From: Tubulanus polymorphus
Taxonomy: Eukaryota; Animalia; Nemertea
DNA: 64,000 nt
Direction: 5' to 3'
Assembly (NCBI RefSeq): GCF_964204645.1
Contig: NC_134033.1
Location: 2,252,131 to 2,316,130, forward strand
Each line of letters begins with the position of its first letter. Position 1 is the first letter of the stretch. Shown here piece by piece: positions 11,536-25,700 of this stretch. The position numbers and the translations under genes were made by a program. The notes under the pieces are model-generated. The model saw only the letters and a list, made by a program, of their open reading frames with translations. It was not told the DNA's origin and searched no databases.

Positions 11536-12960
11536 GACGAATTTTTATCGATGGCTTGAACCGTGGACACGGAGGAGCAGACGGATAATCTGATTTTGCG
11601 TTTCGGGGAGAAGTTGGCTGATGACAATAAGTCGAGCAGAGTAAATTTTGTAATTGTTTTCCGATTTGAAAATTGCGTCCGTTGTTCGAGGTTTTTTGTT
11701 TTGAAGGTTTAAGAGAAATTACGTTGTATGATTACGTTTTGGAACGGCGTCCAAAGAAGTTCGTTTTCGAACCCGTGTTTAACCGATGTTGAAATCGGGA
11801 AACAGGATGACGGATGTTTCGGTTTTTTTTCTCGTTTCTGCGACATTTGGTGATGTTAATCAACTGTTTGTTAATTTCGTAATAGTTTCTCATCGAATCG
11901 CGTCTCTTTTTTTTTTCTTAACGTGAAACGGTTTTTCGACGGTTTTTAAGAAATTACGTTTTTGTGTCATCCTTTCTGGAACGATGACGTCGAAAGTTCG
12001 TTTTTAATCCGATGTTTAAAAACAGGATTACGTCCATTACGGACGGACGCTTCGTTTTCAGAGACGTAAACTGTTCGTATATTTTGTGTTGGTTTTCAAG
12101 CGCGTCCGTTTTTCATATGAAGAAAAGGTTTTTGAAAATCGTTGAATTATGTTGCATAATAATGATGTTATGTTGCATAATAATAATTATGTCGAAAAAA
12201 GCGAACATAATTGTATATTTCGTAACTGTTATTATCGAAGCGTCTGTTTTTTTTGTTTTGTTTTTTTTTTTATGAAAAAGGTTTTTTGAAAATTTTTGAA
12301 TGATGTTGCGTAATTATGTCGAAAAAAGCGAACATAATTGTATATTTCGTAATTGTTATTATTGAAGCGTGTCTGTTTTTTTTAATGTATGAAAAGGCTT
12401 TTTGAAAATTTTAACAAAATTATGTTGTATAATTATAGTTGTATAAGTACGTTTGTGCTATGTCAAAGAAGTGCCGAAGTGAAGTGTATAAGTGTAAATT
12501 TCGTAAACGTTTGCCCGTAAGATAAGTAGGCGCTCGGACTGATTTTTTTTCGAATTGAAAACGGGTTTTTCTCGGGGCGACTTTCGTTGAAAAAAAGTCT
12601 TACGCTTAAAACGGTTGCGTTTGATGAAGGTTTCATCGAAAACGCGATAAAGGTAATTACGAATTATTCGACCGAAACCGAAAATTTGAGTTAAACTTTT
12701 TCGGTAAACTGCGCGCGACGGTGGACCGGGTTATCAGTTCGTTGCGACCGATAGTTCTTTAACTTTTAAGGCGCAGGCGAAATACTTCAGAGACGCGTTT
12801 CCAAAAGATCGCCAGATAATCTCAAATCGACGGCGTTCGGGAGAACGCATTTTACGCTACGCGGTAAAGCAATAATAAAGATTTGTTAATTTTATTTTTT
12901 CATTTTCTCTATTTTCCGACTTAACAAACCAAGATGACGATCAAACCAGCTCTGATAATG

Positions 12961-13075
12961 CGCGAGAGGTAATACCGCGAGGGGTAATAACCCGAGAGGT
13001 AATACCGCGAGAGGTAATACCCTGAGAGGTAATACATCCCGAGAGGTAATACCGCGAGAGGTAATACCGCGAGGG
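12961..13075. repeat. 15-bp minisatellite
   Basis: CGCGAGAGGTAATAC repeated about 7 times. Confidence 0.85.
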
Positions 13076-15747
13076 CGTGCGCGTCGAACTGACCAGATCG
13101 GTTGTACCGTGCACACACCGCATTGTACTATGGTACAAGCATTTGAGAAGGATTTGATATTTCCTCATAATATACCAGATTTCCGATGAAACTATTCGTT
13201 TTCTCGAATTTGGAATTAGATTCCATTTCGATTTGTTTAAAACTGGATAGACCCTTAGAAAAAATTATCGAAAAAAAATTATTTGATCACACCTTGAAGA
13301 TGCATTCTGAACAAAAGCGCGTACATAATTTTTTTTTTTTCAATGATTTTTTAGACTGTTAATTATTATTTTTGTTTATCAAATAGATTTTCGATGCACA
13401 TTCCAATCTCGATGTTAAAAAAATGTGTAGCTATTTGTTGGGGAAAAAGTAATTTTTGCTATTCGATTTTATGAATATTATTAACACGCTGGTTTGCGTG
13501 AATTTTATACTTGTTTTTACGTTTACAAAAATAAATATATATCTTTTAATGATGAAAGATTTATGTTGTGTATTTTGTGGATGCGATACGGAGAATAAAA
13601 CTGATAAATGCTAAAAAGCACAGTGGATACGAGGCAGTAAGGTACAGAGAGAAAATACGCTCAGAAATCCTGTAAATCCAGTATTTGAAAAAATCAGTCT
13701 CCCGGATTATGGTCGTACGACGCATCATGTATGGTCAATAGTCTGGGCAGTTCAGGAATCCCAGACGTATAGGTATAAACAGACAAAAATGACCACAAAA
13801 TCCAACTAATGAAATAAACAACATCAAATATTTGGAGATCAACTTTTTGCTGATATTGCAAGACTTTTTTTAGGAAACAATACGACGATTAATCGCTCTA
13901 GACTGAGCAGTACAGTGCACCAGTTACGTGTCATCTGAAATACATAGAAAAACGGCAAAGAAATTGAAATAAAGATCAACCCGAAAAACCAGTCATCTAC
14001 GCGAAATAAAACTTACATTATAATTCCTCAAGCACGTAATCTGACATTTTCTATAATTGTTGTATGAAAATAAATATGATTCACGTTAAAACCTTTCGAT
14101 CGTTTCATGAAGTTTTTAGCAACAATCAAAGGTTGATTCGAATGAAGCCCTTTGGGCTTGGCCCTGCTTTGTCTATTTCATCGTTGTTTCTACCATGAGT
14201 TTTCTTAATAATATTGAATAATTATATTTATATTAATATCGAATATTGACTTTTATCACTTGTGGTGACTCTTTCTCATATTCGAGAAGTTTGAATCGGT
14301 CAGTGTGGACGATTTATGAATTTACACGCGCCAATCCGCTGGACTTGGAAAAATCCGACAGGATTGCCAAAATTAGGATTCGAGCATGCAAGCACTGGAC
14401 TCTAACCCTTTGGTCCCTCTAGACCCATTACTGTTAACTGTAAACCCTGCGATTAAAAAAGCCGCCATTTCGTTCACAGAAACGACACTATACCTCGGTG
14501 GCAGCACCGTACGGTCAAAATCAATGCAAATGTACTATATTGAAAAAGGAGAATTGAAGCAAGCGGGTTCGTAATGGGAGATATTTTTCCGAGATTTTGA
14601 GCTGGTAAGTGATTTAGATATTCATTCATTACAATAAAAATTATAACAAATTTCGCTAGATGTTATTAAACATCGAAGTTCCTAATTTACATAAATTTCA
14701 TAGAATCTACTGAAAACGCTCTTAAAGATTTTTGTTCGAATTAACATGGATGATAATTCGGGTTATAGACAATGAAAATTCGATTTATGAAAGTATTGCA
14801 CGATTTATGAAAGTATTGCAAACTAGTGTTTCATCTAATTCATGTAATTTTCAAAAGGATTTGAGGTGTTGCATAAATATATCATTTCAACGCGATCTAC
14901 TTCGTACATTAGTGAAATATATTCGTTAACATATTGAAGTTAAGATGTACAGGGTCAGCCTGGTATTATATCTAGCCAATGGTGGTCGTCGTGTCCATTG
15001 AACCATGACGTAATCTGTTTATATCGTGTCCTGTTATTATTGTCCTCGGTCTTTGAAATCACGAAATTGAATTGAATTGTAAAACGTGCGATTCGAAGTG
15101 AATCAGTTCGAGGATCCTACTTAACATTGGTCAAATCCAGCTTACAAATAGTTATGTGTAGCCCATGCGAGCACTTTGACCACAATCTAAAGCTTAGCGG
15201 ATACTGACGTATTCAGCATTTCTACATGAAATTGAACGTCCTTGAGATCACTCGCTGGTCTAACACATTTTGAATCATCCAGTAGAATTTAAAGTATTTG
15301 TTTTTTTTTTAATGTTGGCCTTTCGCAATTGCTCTGATTGCTACCGTGCCGATTGAACCAACCCAAATCGACCGGAAGACTCAAACTCTTCCGGAATAAA
15401 CTAAGGAGCTCCACGAGTCACATGAATCATGGCGAGTAGACATTTTGTGGAGTCAAAATGTCTTATCACCATGATATAATTTCAGTAAACTGCAGAGCTG
15501 TAGGATAGTCAATCCAAACTTATGATTCAAAAATGAGCCCAAATTATCGCAACAATGGGGACCTCGAGGGACCGCCACAAAATGGCGCCTGGAAACTGGA
15601 AACTTATTTATTATGAATCATTGTATACGTTCGTCAAATGCGGTAACGTGACTCCAAACGAACTCGAACCAAGTTCTAGGATTTCAACTTTTAAACCCGA
15701 TTTATAGATAGGCAAACATTATAAGGGGACTCGTGTCAAACTGTAGT

Positions 15748-18700
15748 TTATTTACTGGATGTCGTCAATCCTAGTCGTCGTTTATTGCGTTCATGAATAG
15801 ATTTCATATCGATTGTAAGTATTGTATAAAGAAGCGGATTCAGAGACGAGTTGATCGGTAAAAATAGAACGGCCAGCCAAGCGGCCACCTGGTTCGGTAT
15901 CTCGACCGAAAATACGGCGCAAAACTGAACGATTATTATCGGTAGCCAGCAGAATAGATTACAAAGATTGATTACTAAACTCCTTCGAGCTAAAACCAGT
16001 TCGGTAGGATCGGCTCTACCCGAGCCCGACCTACTTCCAGATACGAGTCTATACATCTGAGCGTACGTCGTCATTATCGTAGCCAATATGGCCGCATTAA
16101 ACAAGGCAAAAATAGCGAATGAATAGTGCCAGCCATTGACGTCGATCGTCAGTAAATTCATAGGCAAACAAACTCCGGTTGTACCGTAAAAATTGTCTCC
16201 GAAGTAAGACGACGATGACAGCGGTAGAATAGAAACTGTGCTCATAACGAGCCAACAAATGCAGCAAATCCCGATAACGTATTTAGGAGTTATAATCGGA
16301 CTTCTAGAAAACGGGTTGACGATATTTGAATATCTCTGACGCGTTAGAATTAAGAGAAAAGTCAGGGAACCTTCGCACGAAACGGTGACAATAACCCCGG
16401 AGAGACGGCATAATGAGCTATCCGTCCAGGTTTCAGAATTCAGATAATAAACGCCTTTGAACGCGTGGTCAGCTCCCGCGATCAAAAACAAATAGACCGA
16501 CATCAGAAAATCACAACCGGCAATATTTATGATGAAGATATCTGAAGATGTGTTACGTGTTCCGGTGGATTCCATCCGCAAAGCTTGAACGCGAAATAAG
16601 ATAACGATACTGTTAGCGAGAAAACTGAAAGATGCGATCATCCAGATGATGGCTCTCAGTACAGCGTTACCCATCAGGTCAGAACAGGTGGAAAATTGAT
16701 CAGCTTCGGGAAGACATCGGTCAACATTCGGTGCCATGCAGCAAAATTTGTAAGCATCCGAAGCGAGGTATCTCAATGATGTAAGATCGCCAAGAACGTT
16801 TCCTTTTACAAATATCACTTCGGCATTTTTGACAAGGTCTAGAATTTCTAGTCCAACCAATCCAGAAAAAGCATAACTGGAAATATAATGTATTCTGTTA
16901 CTGCTGATATTTAACGACTGTAATGCGGATAAACCTTTAAATACATTTTCACCGAGAACCAATATAGAAAGTCCGTGAAGATCGAGAACAGTAAGTGACG
17001 TCAGACCTCGAAAACTACCGTCTTCTAAATGTTGCAGCGGATTTCCGATAAGAAATAGTTGTTTTAAACCGATCAAACCTGCGAATGTATTAGCAGATAA
17101 TGATGTTATGCGGTTGTGTGTAAGGTCTAATGTGTATAGATTGTTTAGATTAGAAAACGCATTTGGAACGATGTGAGACAAATTATTGCCCGAAATATCG
17201 AGAAAACGAAGATAAATGAAAGAGTTGAACGTCGACTCGTTAAATACGACTCGGTTATTCGACAAAATCAAAACCCGAGTTGATTCTATAAAACGACCAG
17301 TAATATCTGATAAAAGAGCATTTTCACAATCGATGAAATGACCCCGGCAATTACAACGTTCAGGACACGTGACCTTACAGAATGACTCGTCATCCGAGTT
17401 ATATTTACAATTAACGACACCGTCGCAAACTTCCGATTGCGGAATACATCGATTTTCCTGGCCACATTTAAACATTCCCGGACACGACCAAGTCTCGCAG
17501 TTCTGTTCATCTTCTGAATTAGGACAATCGGATCGACCGTCACAAACGTGTCTGATCGGTATACAGTAAGATGCCGGACATTTTACAGTACCAGCCGCGC
17601 ATTCGAAGTCATTACACGCGAGTATATGTTCAAGATTTCTACATACCGGGAAACCAATCGGCATCCTTTCTAAAATACACCTTTCGTGTCGGGAATAACA
17701 GCGAGGAGAATTGAACGAACATCTTTGTTCATCCGATTCCTTGCACAGATCTGAGAAACGAGTCGAACAGTGATTGTCATTATTACAGTAAACCTCGGGA
17801 TTCACTGTCATATTAGTGACCAATTCGTCTTCTTCGAGACTTCCGCTACAATCCACGACACCATCCCGATACAACTGAGAACTAATACATTCACCGTCCG
17901 CGCACGAGAACCCCTGACAACGTCCGGCAGTGCATCCGATCTCATCGGAGCCGTCTTTACAGTCGGTTAGTCCGTCACATCGTTTATAACTATCGATACA
18001 TTGGTGATTGGAACAGCGATATTGCGTAGATAAACACGGTGGATGATAGCACGAGTTCTCATCCGAGCCATCGACGCAATCTCTCATAAAGTCGCAGAAA
18101 CCGCTGATCGATATAACCTGTCCATCGTTACAGCGGAACTGACTGTGTAAATTGATATCCGTACAATCGAGTTCATCTTCACCGTGTTGACAGTCGTTTC
18201 TGGTATCACATACGCGATGGTCGCTGATACATCTTTGATCGTTACATTCAAACTGCCACGATTTACAACCGCTTATAGAAGCTAACTCTTCACCAGTTAC
18301 ATTATAGGTACACATCACGGAATGCACTTTATCTTTTGTATTATCGAAAGCTTTCAATAACCATTTCACTGATTGAATAAGAGTAATTTCATTTCTGGTC
18401 ACCAGTGGTTTGATAACTTTAAATCCGTCGCGGTCCATTGTCAGTATAGCGCCATATTGATGTCGATATTGAAATTTGCTGACCAAATTGTTCATATCGC
18501 TTTCTGTATTTGAGGTGATTCTTACTATTTCGGCGCGGATGCTGTGACACATTTCTCTAGCAATCCGAATATTCAAACCTCGATTGTTTTTCCAGTCGGT
18601 TAGTATTTGAAAACATTGTCCGGAAATAGTTACCCAACCTCTTAGACTGGTTGAATTAATTAAAGTAACACCGGGAATCATTTGATCAATGGTTTTATTT

Positions 18701-21700
18701 AAGTCTGTATTTGTTGAATTGTTCGCATCGTTTATCGTTGAATTGTGTTTGTTTTTGATGTCGATTCTCTCAGATTCACAAATGAATGTCGTGTGCGTCT
18801 CCTCGATTTGACACGGGAATCGAACCCAGTTCGCTGATCCTCGGGGATTATTCAGTATCATCGCCGTACACGGCATATTGACGTCATTTATCGGTTGTTT
18901 TCTTAGCGGAGATATCAATCCTCGAATAACTTCTGGTATCGTTTCATTAATAATAGGTTTATACCACTCTGTGTAGCTCAATGGTTTGCCGTCAGTCCAC
19001 GTGTAATAACCATCATTCTGTTTCGTGAAGAAAAGAAAATATATCACTTCTTTAAAAACCATCTTATTCTAATTCATATTTGTATACATTAGTCTTACCT
19101 TCCATTTTAATCCAATCATCATTATGAGCGCTTTTAATGTGTACGCCATTTGGAGAAGTTCTGTAGCGAATGATCTTTTGATGGAAATCATTTCCTGTTC
19201 TGAGTTGATACTGAGTAGATGTCCCGCGTACTTCTGTCTACAGTATATTTCAGCGTTCCCCCAATTCAGACGTTCATCTCTGATGAATTTGATGCAGGAA
19301 ATTCCCGAATCCAGAAATCCTTGTTTACAGTAGACATCATCGAAATGTTTAATCGGTAACGACTCGTGTAAAGTGTATTGTATTTGAAAGATGGGAATGA
19401 AATTCTTAACTTCAAAACGCAGAGTATTATCTCTTATACTATATGATATAAGTCCACGAACCGCGTTATTTTCACATATTTTAGTTTCATGTTGCCTCCT
19501 AATAATTTTGAAAAGTTTTCCATTTTGGAAGAGGGAGTACTGTATCAGTTGTATCAAGATGATTGGATCATTCTCACCCACGTTGTTTGTTTCGCATGAA
19601 ACTGATCCAATAAATTTGATAATAAATCTGTAATATTGAAATATATTTTGTTGTATCGGGTTTTCAAATTTATAGGAAATAGATTTTGATGTACTTCCTG
19701 CTGAACCCGGGTAGTTCGGTGACTGCACCAGTCCACATTTATCTTTAGTAGTAACTGAATGACCGGAACCGAGATGTCCAGAGCTTACTGTTTTTTTCAC
19801 TCCTAAACATTTACGACGTAGTTTAACTATTAGTGGTCGCTGCCAGAACCAAAACTCATTACCTGTGAAATCTACAATGTTTAATACGAGACTGTTATTA
19901 AGAAACTGATTACTCAAACTCAGAAACTGATCACATGACAATGACATCTTGAGAAAACATCGGTCAATTTGATATTCGTGTTCTGATAATATGTGAATAT
20001 TTTTCAAGCGAAGGCGTCGATTTTCAGGTGTAATCACGAGACAGTGTGACGTCATATTGATCTGACTTTCGTCTTCCTGTAGAACATAACCGTCACAATC
20101 AGTAGGAGCAAATCTAAGATATGACCAGACAGAACGATCAACTGTTAACTGATTGTTATAGTAATAAGCGTATGCTACTACAGTAACCGGTCCACCTGAT
20201 GTAATCAGGCTGACGGCAGATCGACCGTAGAATGAACCAGGACAATACGGACCATAGCGTCTAGCTGTGAAATTACTACCATCAAATATATAAAAACCAG
20301 CTCGATCACAGTTTTCTGATAGCACTGTTAGTTTCAAATGTTCTTCATAGATGTTCACTTTCCAGTTTAGTTGTAATGTAGTTACACGATACAATGTATT
20401 CTTTGATCTCGGGAACAATCGATTAGCTGATATTGAGTTTGTGATTGAATGCTGAAATATAAGAGAATTGATAACAGCATTGAACGTTTACAATCAATTT
20501 TTACGTTTACAATCCTCCCCCATAATAAACTATTATCCCTATACATTTCCTCTCTGGTCAATATCACCTAGTTTTTATGTGCAATATTGTGTGTCGTTGT
20601 TAATTGATATATATACTGTGTAATGCCATACTTTTAGTCACTCTTGAAAATGGTTTTTAGCATAAAACCGAAAATTCGAGGTTTTTAATAAATTTTGATA
20701 GTTTTGATGTTTTAAAATCTTTTTCGATCCTGTGATTGTGGGACTTATATTTCATTCGTCTCTCGCGATTTATTGCGTAGTTTTATCACGTTGAACAATA
20801 CAACAATTTCAAATTCCCTATTACAATGATTCTATTACACGAACCCAATTTACAAATCACTGTAATAAACTTACCCGTATCCTTCGCTTATTGACGTAGA
20901 CGTCTGATATTGTTATTGATTTCACTTCAAATTCTACTTTCAAATTCGATCTTACAAAATCCGATGTCGTCAAAACGCACAGAATCACGAGAAATCCGTC
21001 TGATTTTATACTCAGAGATTTAAGATGGTTAAAACTGAGTAAAATATCAGTTCTCACAATACGTAACCCTTCCTGTTTATATACACCAACGACACCTGGT
21101 GACGTGACGAGATCACGTGTCCAGTTGAAGACGACGTACTGCAGAATATCGACTGTGATAGACCAGCAGTATAAGTGTTTAGACTGAGTTACTATATGTG
21201 GTATTCCATCAATTGTAGTGAGCAGTCCTGATTTATTATAGACTTGAATTAACGGGTTAGAGATGTTCCAATCTGATATTTTGTAAACTTGCACAAGTAA
21301 CTGCGACTTAAACCTAGATCTACTTGAAATGAATTCAATACGTGCTTTATTAGTTTTAGTATAAAACAATGAAGGCGGATGTCCGGTTTGTTCTCGTATA
21401 AGAGCTATAGGTTCACTGGTTCTGTTCCATCCGTCGTAAATTTGAGGACGAGTTTTCATTGGATCCTCACCTGGTCTTAATCTGAAATCTATCTGTATAA
21501 ACGTTAAATTCATTGCAAACCCGTCTGGCATCCCGATCCATTCTAACAACAATTTACATCGCCGGGTATCAATCCTGAATTCATAACCTGTTTGAGTTGG
21601 TATTTCGTTTACTGCATGTTTGTGACATGTATGTAAGATTTTCAAGCGACTTTGTTTTTCAAAACGATATATGATATAAACCCGACTACCTCGCGCTCCA

Positions 21701-22101
21701 TCGACGTTACTCCTAAACAACAACGCAATCAAATCGTTGCTGCGGATATCTAATTGTTTTCTTCCGGTAGCGCAGAGTTTGTTGCCGATCTCACCGACGA
21801 GAAGGTAGTTTTCGTTACAGAATATCGACGGCTCGATGTCGTAGTAAACTTGAACGAGAAAACTTCCCGGTAAAGAGCTGTTGACGAACCAACGACATTC
21901 GACACCGCGAACTAACGACGGATAGTTCGGTGAAACGATGTAACCAGACGTAGAATCGACGGAGTATTGAGTGTTGTTACAAGATGAACTGACTGTAACA
22001 GACGCGGCTTCCTCGACAGAGTTTGCGCGATCAGCCCGCGTAAATATACAGTCTCCGCAAGCGATCAGTAAAACTACGAACAACGCTTTCATTCGCTGCA
22101 T
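15748..22101 (-). CDS. GRL101-like leucine-rich-repeat GPCR with CUB, C-type lectin and LDLa ectodomain, copy A (~1949 aa)
   Basis: Exons 22101-20875, 20451-19099 and 19017-15748 (phase 0, GT-AG). Signal peptide MKALFVVLLIACG; CUB motifs (GYIVSPNYP, GLVQSPNYP); CTLD split by the 81-nt intron (NWGNAEIYC..HLLSI..IGL|..WTDG); ~7 LDLa-like repeats; LRRNT CPERCNC; ~7-8 LRRs; hinge CC..C..FSTCSDL; 7TM with CWLP and NPLLY. Confidence 0.92.
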
Positions 22102-22626
22102 ATTGAACACAATTCACGCTTCAAAACAAACACATTTCTAACTATTTCCAAGTTTGCACGACATTTCTCATAAGAGTCGCTGCAAAGTAATGACGAGTTG
22201 TCAAGTTGTCAGAAGTTGACGAATTGATCGAGTCCAATTATTTTGTAAAAAGATCTCCCATCAAACTGACGCCAGTCTTGTATATCTGTTACTTTCATCT
22301 GTTCTCGGTTTCGCAGTAATTACCGCGGTTTCTAAATTTAGACGTGTTTCAATATATCTTGTTTATAATCGTGTGCAATTATTTCTCTAAAATCATTTTC
22401 TGTCGCGCCCGAACTGCGTTCAGTTTGTGATAATATTCGATGACATTTTCTATCTTTACCTCAAAATATTCTGCGTCTCTGTAAAACACTTCGTCAACAT
22501 CTGTTTCGACAATTCACACTCTACAGTCAATATAATAACTGAGTTAAAGCTAAGTGAAGCGCATGGATATCTGATTGTGGCGGGTGAGGACTTGTTCGGT
22601 GTTGACTCGGAAAACCAACACTAACC

Positions 22627-22715
22627 AAGTAAGACGACGATGACAGCGGTAGAATCGAAACAGAGAAATGTTCGGAATCTTTAGTTAGGAAACGGTTACA
22701 ATAACCCCGGCGAGA
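22627..22715 (-). pseudogene. Relic fragment of the GPCR TM3-TM4 coding region upstream of copy A
   Basis: 22627-22661 matches 16202-16236 at 34/35 nt (VSILPLSSSSY); 22689-22715 matches 16379-16405 at 25/27 nt. Confidence 0.7.
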
Positions 22716-25700
22716 ATCTGACTCGCGCACTATGATTCGGTCCGTTCTAAATTTGTCCCGTTCCGGACACGGACCCGTTTAGAACGGTCAAACTGGTTCG
22801 TAGTTTGAACGCGACGAAAGTCCACCCAATAATAAATGAGGTGAATTGATAATTCCGAACATTATGATCATCATTTAAAAACGTTTGATTTGACTCAATC
22901 TATGTACATCCGCATTATAGTCCGTTCAGCATTTTTACTTGGGACACGGATCAGCAAAATTCATCGTACTGAATTGTTTTTATTCCTCCTTCCTCTTTTC
23001 GGCACAATTTTTCGACAAAAGAAAATTCTGTTATTCCTGTCCTGGTTTCAATCCAGTAACTTATAAAAGTTATGTTCATCTTAATTTTCAATCTCATGAT
23101 TTGCGAAAACTAGTTCTTTTTTCATTTTTTTCCATTATTTGAATCAACTTAATCACAATTTCCAATCATTTTTGTTTTTTTGCGGTCCTTTGATGTTTTT
23201 TGTGTTGAATACTCTAATAATAAAAAAAATTCATTTTTTCCCATTTGTCTCCCTCTGTTTTGGAGCGCCTACACGTATGATGGCAAAAAATGATGATCTT
23301 ATATGTTCGGTCACCGATAGTTGGGGAAATGTTTGTGTGTCTTAGTAATGATTATTGAGAATAAGTTGGCGCCAGCGGTAGATTCAACTTTTAAGTATCT
23401 GATATGATTTGTTCTTCTGGTACGAAATTATCATCTTTTGATAATAGGTTTAACTCAGATATATTAAAGAACTTTAGAAAATATTGTATTATTTAAACAC
23501 AGGACCCAGTTCAGCAGTTGTGAGTTAGAGTTAACTCCGAGTTAAAGTTAGTTCATTTTCAATGTTTTAAACCAGGGTCAAATCTTAACTCAGAACTGTG
23601 GAACTGGACCCTGGTGTATAATCGGTCCGTGAAAATGAACATATTTCAATATTCCCCAAACAACTGTGTTTATGCATTATGATGTTATATTTATGGTATG
23701 AGGTGCTTCGTGTCTCGTGGTAGAAACAGTTATATTGATAAATCTAAACAAAAGCGACCTCGAGGGAGACATGAATTCTAAATCCGTATCATTTTCATCG
23801 AGTGATTAAATCATTGTTAAACTCAATTCTTCTTTCGGAACTAAATGACAAATATTCATAGATTATTCAAATCTTTGAGGGTTGAATCGTAGATTACTAT
23901 TTAGAAATATAACTCCTCCGAATTAGGGGAATTTTGTATCCATGAAACTTTAAATCCTAGTTTCAAACGGATGATTCCCTCTCGCTCCATCAAACCCGCT
24001 TATATTTACGCAAGAATCTTGGGGATATAGATGTTAAAGTATTAGATATTAAGTGTAAGCTTAATCCTTCTCAGTTAGAAATAATTTTAAAGGTTTTTAC
24101 GAGTTAGTAATTCGGAAAACACGACTCCGGTAAAATTACTACCAATTCCAGAAAGTTGTGAGTTAGATATAACAAAAACCAAAATTTACGGTAGTTATGA
24201 TAATCGGGGCTGACTATCCATAGAATTGTCACCACAATACACTTATAAACTAGTTCATTCGTCCACGATTGAATGCAGTTTCGACGATTCAATTCATACG
24301 ACAAACTATTTTCGCATTTCATCATTTCTCTTGTGCTGTGTCTGAAAACAGCGTCAGGCATCGTGTCGACGTAACCTTAGATAGATTTTCGTGTAGTTTG
24401 CATTTTTCATTAACTTGAAAAACTTTAGTTTAGTTTAGTTTAGTTTATAGCAACTTTTACAATGTTGTGGTTTTCAGTGGTTCATAAAATACCGATCTGA
24501 TTAAGGCCCTGTCTAATATAGAAGACCAGATCCTTGTTAAATGAGGAATATATGAACAGCGTTAATTAGTAAATGTCCTAGTATACGTCCCATGGTTGGC
24601 CTGTTTTTGTTACAAGAACTTATAATTCTTTGAGCACTCACCTGGCATTTTGTATTAATTGTTTTAGAGGTACTCTGGAGAATAAAATCTGATTGATACA
24701 ATTTACACGAATGTAAAACAGTTAAAATGAAATCAAAGATCGATTTGTTAATCTTAAGCTTTTTAGAGTGAATTCGTAACCTTCAATCGTTTCATGAAGT
24801 TTTTAGCAACAATCAAAGGTTGATTCAAATGAAGCCCTTTGGGCTTGGCCCTGCTTTGTTTATTTCATCGTTGTTTCTTCGAATGAATAATATTGACTTT
24901 TATCACTTGTGTTGTGGTGACTCTTTCTCATATTCGAGAAGTTTGAATTGGTCAGTGTGGACAATTTATGAATTTACACGCGCCAATCCGCTGGACTTGG
25001 AATAATCCGACATGATTGCAAAAATTAATTAGGATTCGAGCATGCAAGCACTGGACTCTAACCCTTTGGTCCCTCTAGACCCATTACTGTTAACTGTAAA
25101 CCCTGCGATTAAAAAAGCCGCCATTTGGTTCACAGAAACGACACTATACCTCGGTGGCAGCACCAGAAGGTCTAATTCAATGCAAATGTACTATATTGAT
25201 AAAGGCGAATTGAAGCAAGCGGGTTCGTAATGGGAGATACTTTTCCGAGTTTTTTTTAGCTGGTAAGTGATTTAGATATTCATTCATTACAATTAAAATT
25301 ATAATAAATTTCGCTAGATGTTACTAAACATCGAAGTTCCTAATTTACATAAACTTCATAGAATCTACTGAAAACGCTCTTAAAGATTTTTGTTCGAATT
25401 AACATGGATGATAATTCGGGTTATAGACAATGAAAATTCGATTTATGAAAGTATTGCAAACTAGTGTTTCATCTAATTCATGTTATTTTCAAAGGATTTG
25501 AGGCGTTGCATAAATATATCATTTCAACGCGATCTACTTCGTACATTAGTGAAATATATTCGCTAAGATATTGAAGTTAAGATGTACAGGGTCAGTCTGG
25601 TATTATATCTAGCCAGTGGTGGTCGTCGTGTCCATTGAACCATGACGTAATCTGTTTATATCGTGTCCTGTTATTATTGTCCTCGGTCTTTGAAATCACG

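Noticed and set aside
14386-14574. 62-aa ORF conserved in both duplicate units
   Set aside because: Conservation is explained by the recent duplication, and it overlaps a dispersed repeat
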